This document shows positions 6,794-11,331 of a stretch of DNA of 11,331 nucleotides, piece after piece. The notes below the pieces were generated by a model. It worked only from the letters and a program-made list of their open reading frames with translations, made no database searches and was not told where the DNA came from. The position numbers and the translations under genes were made by a program. This DNA comes from Pseudomonadota bacterium (GTDB taxonomy: Bacteria; UBA10199; 2-02-FULL-44-16; JAAZCA01): the NCBI GenBank assembly GCA_043798915.1, contig JAZDOG010000048.1, positions 1 through 11,331 on the forward strand, in the 5' to 3' direction. Numbering within the stretch: the first letter of the stretch is position 1; each line of letters starts with the position of its first letter.

Positions 6794-7603
6794 CTAGTGC
6801 CTGATCATGTATTCCAATATCCACGTCGTGAGAAAGTAATCCGTGACGAGGATCGTCACCGCCGAGTAGACGACCGCGCGCGTGGTGGAGCGGCCCACAC
6901 CCTCCGCGCCGCCGCGAGTCGTAAGCCCCATGTAGCAGCTGATCGTCGATATGAGGAAGCCGAAGATCGCAGCCTTGATGAGCCCGCCCCAGATGTCCTC
7001 TGCGTCGAGATAGCGGTAGAGGCGGTACATGAACGGCCCCTCGCCTATGCCCAGCAGATATATTCCGACGATGTATGCGCCTATCACGCCGACGTAATTG
7101 TAGAGCATCGTGAGCATCGGCACCATGATCGTGCACGCGACGATCCGCGGCACGACGAGGAAATGCAGAGGATCGACGGCCATGGTCTCCAGGGCGTCGA
7201 CCTGCTCCGTGACGCGCATCGTGCCGAGCTCCGCCGCCATCGAGGAGCAGGCTCGAGCCGTCACCATGATCGCGGCGAAGACCGGGCCGATCTCTCGCGT
7301 GAGCGACAGGGCGACTGTCGCGCCCACCATGCTCTCCATGTTGAAGAGGGCGTAGACCTTGCCGGACTGCAGCGCGAAGACGGCCCCCGTGAAGAACGCG
7401 GTGAGGGCGATGATGCCCGTGGATTTGACTCCCACGAACTCCATCTGTTTCACGAACTGGTCGATCCGGTAGGGCGGTCGCAGGACCCATGCGAGCGACT
7501 GCCCGACAAACGAGCACCAGCGCCCGAGCGAACGCGCCCAGCCGATCAGCCGGGCGCCGATCGCGCCGAATACCGGCGTGACTATGTTGAGGATGTGTTC
7601 CAT
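6794..7603 (-). CDS. mlaE: ABC transporter permease, MlaE family, about 269 aa
   Basis: REIGPVFAAIMVTAR..SSMAAELGTMRVTEQVDALETMAVDP..LVVPR; GGAEGVGRSTTRAVV. Start placed at ATG 7603 (GAGGA at 7614-7618 on the minus strand), giving a 22-bp overlap with alr. Confidence 0.95.
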   Translation of the reverse strand: MEHILNIVTPVFGAIGARLIGWARSLGRWCSFVGQSLAWVLRPPYRIDQFVKQMEFVGVKSTGIIALTAFFTGAVFALQSGKVYALFNMESMVGATVALSLTREIGPVFAAIMVTARACSSMAAELGTMRVTEQVDALETMAVDPLHFLVVPRIVACTIMVPMLTMLYNYVGVIGAYIVGIYLLGIGEGPFMYRLYRYLDAEDIWGGLIKAAIFGFLISTISCYMGLTTRGGAEGVGRSTTRAVVYSAVTILVTDYFLTTWILEYMIRH

Positions 7604-8754
7604 TCCGTATATATCCTCGGCATCCTCTTCGAAATGCCGCACAATATCTCATAGGTGATAGTGCCGGCCCACGCGGCGATCTCATGCAACCCGATCGAGC
7701 CCTCGCCCTGCACCCCAAGCAGGACGACTTCGTCTCCCACTGAAGCGCCGTCCAGGTCGGTCACATCGACCATTATCATGTCCATCGTCACGCGCCCTAC
7801 AACCTGCACGCGCCGGCCGTGCACAAGGACCTCCGCCTTTCCGGAGAGCGCCCACGGATAGCCGTCCGCATAGCCTATCGGGACGATCGCGATGCGCGTC
7901 GGGCGCGAAGTCGTGTATATCCCGCCGTAGCTCACTTTCATGCCGGCCGGAATTCCCTTGAGCAGGACCGCCTGGCTCACGAGCCCCATCACGGGTTTGA
8001 GTTCCTCTTTCCCGAAATCTGAGCCGTTCCTGTCGCCGTAGAGCGCAAGCCCGGGCCTGGCCCAAACTTGGGAAGCCTCCGGCACGTCCACGGGCTCGCC
8101 GCGCAGAATCGCGCCGCTGTTGGCGACATGCCAGATTTTGATCGGCCCCAGTGCCTTCTCGACAGCGGTGCGGCACTCGAGGAAGAGTTCCATCTGCCGC
8201 TCGGACACATCGGGGCGATCCGCCTCCGCCAGATGCGTCATGACGCCCTCGACGAAAAGGTGTTCGCACTTTCCTATGCCGTCGAGGACCGGCCGGAGCG
8301 CCTCGGGACGCACGCCCAGCCTGCTCATGCCGGTGTCAATCTTGAGATGCACTCCGACTTTTTTGCCGAGCCTTTTCGCCTCGACCTCCAGCGAATCGAG
8401 CACGCCGGCGGAGTGGATGACCGGCGTGAGGGCAGCATCGACCATCTTCTTCGAAGCGGGCGAGCCGGCCCCCATGAGCCCGCCGATCACGATGACCGGC
8501 ACCTTTATGCCGGCCTCGCGAAGCTCGATCCCCTCCTCCACGGTGGCGACGCCGAAGGCATGGGCGCCCGCGCGCTCGAGGGTCCTGGCGACCGGCACGG
8601 CACCGTGGCCGTAGGCATCGGCCTTCACCATCGCCATTATCTTTATCTTAGGGGAAAGCCGCCGCTTGATGACGGAGCAATTATGCGCGAGCGCCGAGAG
8701 ATCGACCGTTGCCCGCGTGGGACGAAAGAGTGGAGTGCCGGAGGTATCGTTCAT
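7582..8754 (-). CDS. alr: Alanine racemase
   Basis: PLP lysine motif MVKADAYGHG; GVATVEEG; HLKIDTGMSRLG; THLA; ANSG; VSYGG; PIGYADGY; GRVTMDMIMVD; TITYEILCGISKRMPR. Confidence 0.98.
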   Translation of the reverse strand: MNDTSGTPLFRPTRATVDLSALAHNCSVIKRRLSPKIKIMAMVKADAYGHGAVPVARTLERAGAHAFGVATVEEGIELREAGIKVPVIVIGGLMGAGSPASKKMVDAALTPVIHSAGVLDSLEVEAKRLGKKVGVHLKIDTGMSRLGVRPEALRPVLDGIGKCEHLFVEGVMTHLAEADRPDVSERQMELFLECRTAVEKALGPIKIWHVANSGAILRGEPVDVPEASQVWARPGLALYGDRNGSDFGKEELKPVMGLVSQAVLLKGIPAGMKVSYGGIYTTSRPTRIAIVPIGYADGYPWALSGKAEVLVHGRRVQVVGRVTMDMIMVDVTDLDGASVGDEVVLLGVQGEGSIGLHEIAAWAGTITYEILCGISKRMPRIYTEWNTSST

Positions 8755-8794
8755 CGCAATTCGCCTGTCTTTTCAGCGCATTAGTTGACTGGGG

Positions 8795-8823
8795 CTTCTA
8801 ACAACGCATGTCCGGGTTGTCAA
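8795..8823 (-). promoter_or_regulatory. Putative sigma70 promoter for the alr-mlaEFD-purH operon
   Basis: Minus strand: perfect TTGACA (8823-8818), 17-bp spacer ending in TGt, then TAGAAG (8800-8795; 4/6, extended -10). Confidence 0.55.
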
Positions 8824-8883
8824 AACATATCTCCCCCATTTGCTGTTGCATTCCATTCCACCAGCGCATAAACATGCGCACCC

Positions 8884-9663
8884 ATGAACGGAAAGATTAC
8901 ATGCACTTACATCGGGCATGCGACTCTGCTCCTCAAGATCGGCGGGACAACGATCCTCACTGATCCGCACTTCGGCAAACGGACACTCTGTTTCCCGAGG
9001 AAGGCGCCGCTCCCCTTTCCGCCATCCGAATTGCCAACCCCCGCGGCGATCCTCTTGAGCCACACGCACTTCGACCATCTGAATATCGCGAGCTACAAGT
9101 ACATATCATGTGCGGTCCCGATCGTCGTGCCGGAGGGATCGGAGAGGGCCATCGGACAGTATGTGCCGAACCCGATCATCGAGCTCTCGCGCTACGCCGA
9201 TCATGAGCTCGCCGACGGCACGAAGATAACGGCGGTACCGGCGATCCATCACTCGAGCAGGCTTTCGCATCTGAGATTCACGAAGACTAACGCGTACCTC
9301 ATCCGCCGGCCCGACGCGGGCTGCGCCTTCTTCTGCGGCGACTCCTCATACGGCAGCCATTTCGGAGAGATAGGAAACCTCGGGGAGATCGACCTCGCGC
9401 TCCTGCCGATCAGCTCATACAATCCGCGCTGGCTCCTTGGCCGGTCGCACATGACCCCGGCTGAGGCGGTGCAGGCGTTCGAGGATCTCAAGGCGCGCCA
9501 CATGGTCCCGATACATCACAGCACATTCCGCCTCTCGCTCGAGGGCTTAAGCGCGCCGCTCGCATGGCTGATGAAGATCCTCGAGGACCGCCCCGATCTC
9601 GCGGCAAAGATCCATCCGCTGAAGGCCGGAGAGAAATTCAGCCTGAACAGCGCGAACAGCTGA
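8884..9663 (+). CDS. Metallo-beta-lactamase-fold hydrolase (RomA / NAPE-PLD / UlaG-like)
   Basis: YIGHATLLL..ILTDPHF; HxHxDH motif SHTHFDHL; FCGDS; LLPISSYNPRW..HMTPAEAVQAFEDL; VPIHHSTF. Confidence 0.92.
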   Translation: MNGKITCTYIGHATLLLKIGGTTILTDPHFGKRTLCFPRKAPLPFPPSELPTPAAILLSHTHFDHLNIASYKYISCAVPIVVPEGSERAIGQYVPNPIIELSRYADHELADGTKITAVPAIHHSSRLSHLRFTKTNAYLIRRPDAGCAFFCGDSSYGSHFGEIGNLGEIDLALLPISSYNPRWLLGRSHMTPAEAVQAFEDLKARHMVPIHHSTFRLSLEGLSAPLAWLMKILEDRPDLAAKIHPLKAGEKFSLNSANS

Positions 9664-9689
9664 TCATTTTTTTGGATCAACGATATTTT

Positions 9690-10961
9690 CTACATTCCCA
9701 AAAGCCACTGAGCAATTGGAATGACATAGATGCGCATGCCCTTTGAGGCGATGGCTTCATGCTCGTTTTCTGTCAATATAGTCGCGCGTCTCATGCCGGT
9801 TTCCTGCATCGCTTCGAAGAGCGCCCTTGTCTCGCGTTCAAACGTTGTTTTGTCTGAAATCGAATGCGACACCTGAATCAGGCCAGCTATCTTTCTCCCA
9901 GCGACGCAGGCGAAATCCACTTCGCATCCGGACTGCGTTTTGTAATACGACACATCCAGGCCACGGCGCATGAGTTCCAGGAAAACGATATTCTCAGCCA
10001 AAGGACCCAGGTTTTTGGAAAAACTCAAGGAGACGATGTTCGCAAGCCCGGTATCAATGGCGTAGACTTTCTTCGGGGCAATCGCTTTTCTTTTCACCGA
10101 ATAATCAAACACATTGACGCTCGAAATCAGGTACGACTGTTCAAGGTATTCGGTGTAGGATGATACCGTGGTGACGCTTCCCATGCCGAAGGCTTTTTTC
10201 AGACGGTTGAATGAACTCAGGGCCGACACATTGCTCATATAGTAAATGGCGAGCTCCTTGAGCTCCCGTATATTTTTTATGTCGTGCCGCGCAGCGACAT
10301 CCCTGTAGAGGATATCGTCATACAACTGGGACAGAATTTCCGGATCGTTGTAGGCAAGATATTGCGGAAAGCCTCCATGGAGCCTGTAGCGCGCGAAAAG
10401 TTTCGCGATCCCGGCCCTGCCTGCCGGCGTCAGCAGATTTCTTTCTGACACGTCCACATCGCAGTGCCGGGCAAGCTCGATAAAAGAAAAAGGATAAAGC
10501 TCCACGCCAAGATGGCGGCCTGTGAGCTTTGTCCCCAGTTCCCGGCTCAGGAGCGACGCATTGGAGCCGGTGATGACGAATTTGAATCCCGCCTCCTGCA
10601 TCCTGTGGAGAAATCCCTCCCAGCCCGGCGCATTCTGTATCTCGTCAAGCAAAAAGACCTTTTGCTCGCCGAAGCACTCGATCAGGACCTCATGCAGAAG
10701 GGAAAAATCGCGCGGAGTGAAGCCTATGAGCCTGTCGTCTTCAAAATTGAAATAAAAATAATCATCCCCAAAATATTTGTCCGCTATCTGCAGCAGCAGA
10801 GTCGATTTTCCGCACCTCCTCACCCCGGAGATCACGACCGCATGAGGCTTCCCGATATGGCGGCCGAAGGCATCGAGGGCGTCCCTTTTCGTGCCACGCG
10901 GTTTTTTCGAAAAGATGCGCCGCTGATCCAGGGCGATTTCTCTGAGTGAATTTCTTTCCAT
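9690..10961 (-). CDS. AAA+ ATPase, AAA_14 + DUF4143 type, about 423 aa
   Basis: Walker A GVRRCGKST; YFNFEDDRL; Walker B FLLDEIQ; ITGSNASLL..LTGR; YPFSF; GGFP; PKKVYAIDTGL; ENIVFLEL; EVDF..IQVS. Start placed at ATG 10961 (MERNSL) rather than TTG 11093. Confidence 0.92.
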   Translation of the reverse strand: MERNSLREIALDQRRIFSKKPRGTKRDALDAFGRHIGKPHAVVISGVRRCGKSTLLLQIADKYFGDDYFYFNFEDDRLIGFTPRDFSLLHEVLIECFGEQKVFLLDEIQNAPGWEGFLHRMQEAGFKFVITGSNASLLSRELGTKLTGRHLGVELYPFSFIELARHCDVDVSERNLLTPAGRAGIAKLFARYRLHGGFPQYLAYNDPEILSQLYDDILYRDVAARHDIKNIRELKELAIYYMSNVSALSSFNRLKKAFGMGSVTTVSSYTEYLEQSYLISSVNVFDYSVKRKAIAPKKVYAIDTGLANIVSLSFSKNLGPLAENIVFLELMRRGLDVSYYKTQSGCEVDFACVAGRKIAGLIQVSHSISDKTTFERETRALFEAMQETGMRRATILTENEHEAIASKGMRIYVIPIAQWLLGM

Positions 10962-11006
10962 TACAATTGGAAGCTTATACCAAATAGTTTCCATTTGCAA
11001 TGGAAA
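10955..11006. promoter_or_regulatory. Two 19-bp palindromes overlapping the putative promoter and start codon of the ATPase
   Basis: 10988-11006 TTTCCATT-TGC-AATGGAAA (perfect 8-3-8); 10955-10973 TTTCCATT-ACA-ATTGGAAG; minus-strand TTGCAA (11000-10995), 17 bp, TAAGCT (10977-10972). Confidence 0.7.
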
Positions 11007-11240
11007 TAATTTAAAAGCCCTCTGGTGATCTTTAAGTGATGGCAGGTTGGGTTGTGCTAATAAACCGCTGAAAACAAAAGTGTTTTTACTCAAGAGCCAA
11101 TCGAACTACTTGAGCGCGGAGACCTCGGCTGCGAGGCTTGAGATGTTCCGCTCCGGATGGTCGATAAATTCCTTTTCGATCCGGCGAATCCGGGTCAATC
11201 CCAAAGTTAGTTGAAATTTGAAAAGCGGTTCGGTTTGATG

Positions 11241-11330
11241 TCACGCTGCTTCCCTCACTTCCTGATGTCGATCGATTTTCAATTCCTTCATAATAGCGTC
11301 GCGCAGCTTCGGTAGATGGCGATGGCCTGC
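11241..11330 (-). CDS. Probable 3' end of an unidentified gene running in from the window edge
   Basis: Open frame ...AGHRHLPKLRDAIMKELKIDRHQEVREAA* ending in TGA at 11243-11241; too short to identify. Confidence 0.4.
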   Translation of the reverse strand, partial: AGHRHLPKLRDAIMKELKIDRHQEVREAA

Positions 11331-11331
11331 A

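Noticed and set aside
2967..8784. Long antisense or alternate-frame ORFs (e.g. 3807-4682, 4845-6041, 6224-7654, 6765-7718, 8068-8784)
   Set aside because: Shadow ORFs expected from high GC3 codon bias over well-identified genes; Arg/Gly/Ala-rich with no motifs.
10962..11093. 44-aa N-terminal extension of the ATPase ORF from TTG 11093
   Set aside because: AT-rich, contains the promoter-like and palindromic elements, and the ATG at 10961 gives a family-typical length and Walker A position.

Overview
Bacterial DNA, probably from a deltaproteobacterial-type diderm (inferred from the GC-rich core and the alr-mlaEFD gene order). It has three parts. (1) About 1-2990 is a visibly more AT-rich accessory segment. 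It holds a REP-associated (RAYT-like) HUH/Y1 tyrosine transposase with a C-terminal DnaA_C-like HTH, followed by a toxin-first operon: a HipA/HipT-like Ser/Thr kinase and a HipS-like/XRE-HTH fusion protein. That operon has three 18-bp palindromic operators at an exact 27-bp period overlapping a sigma70 promoter. Three copies of the transposase end sequence (2-20, 997-1026 inverted, 2940-2976) bracket both the transposase and the kinase cassette. (2) 3051-9663 is GC-rich core: a minus-strand alr-mlaE-mlaF-mlaD-purH operon, with a long MlaD carrying a beta-rich C-terminus and no mlaABC in the operon, plus a divergent metallo-beta-lactamase-fold hydrolase. (3) 9690-11331 holds an AAA_14/DUF4143-type ATPase with two palindromes over its promoter and start codon, and the probable 3' end of a further minus-strand gene. 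Family assignments come from motif recognition by eye; no searches were run.
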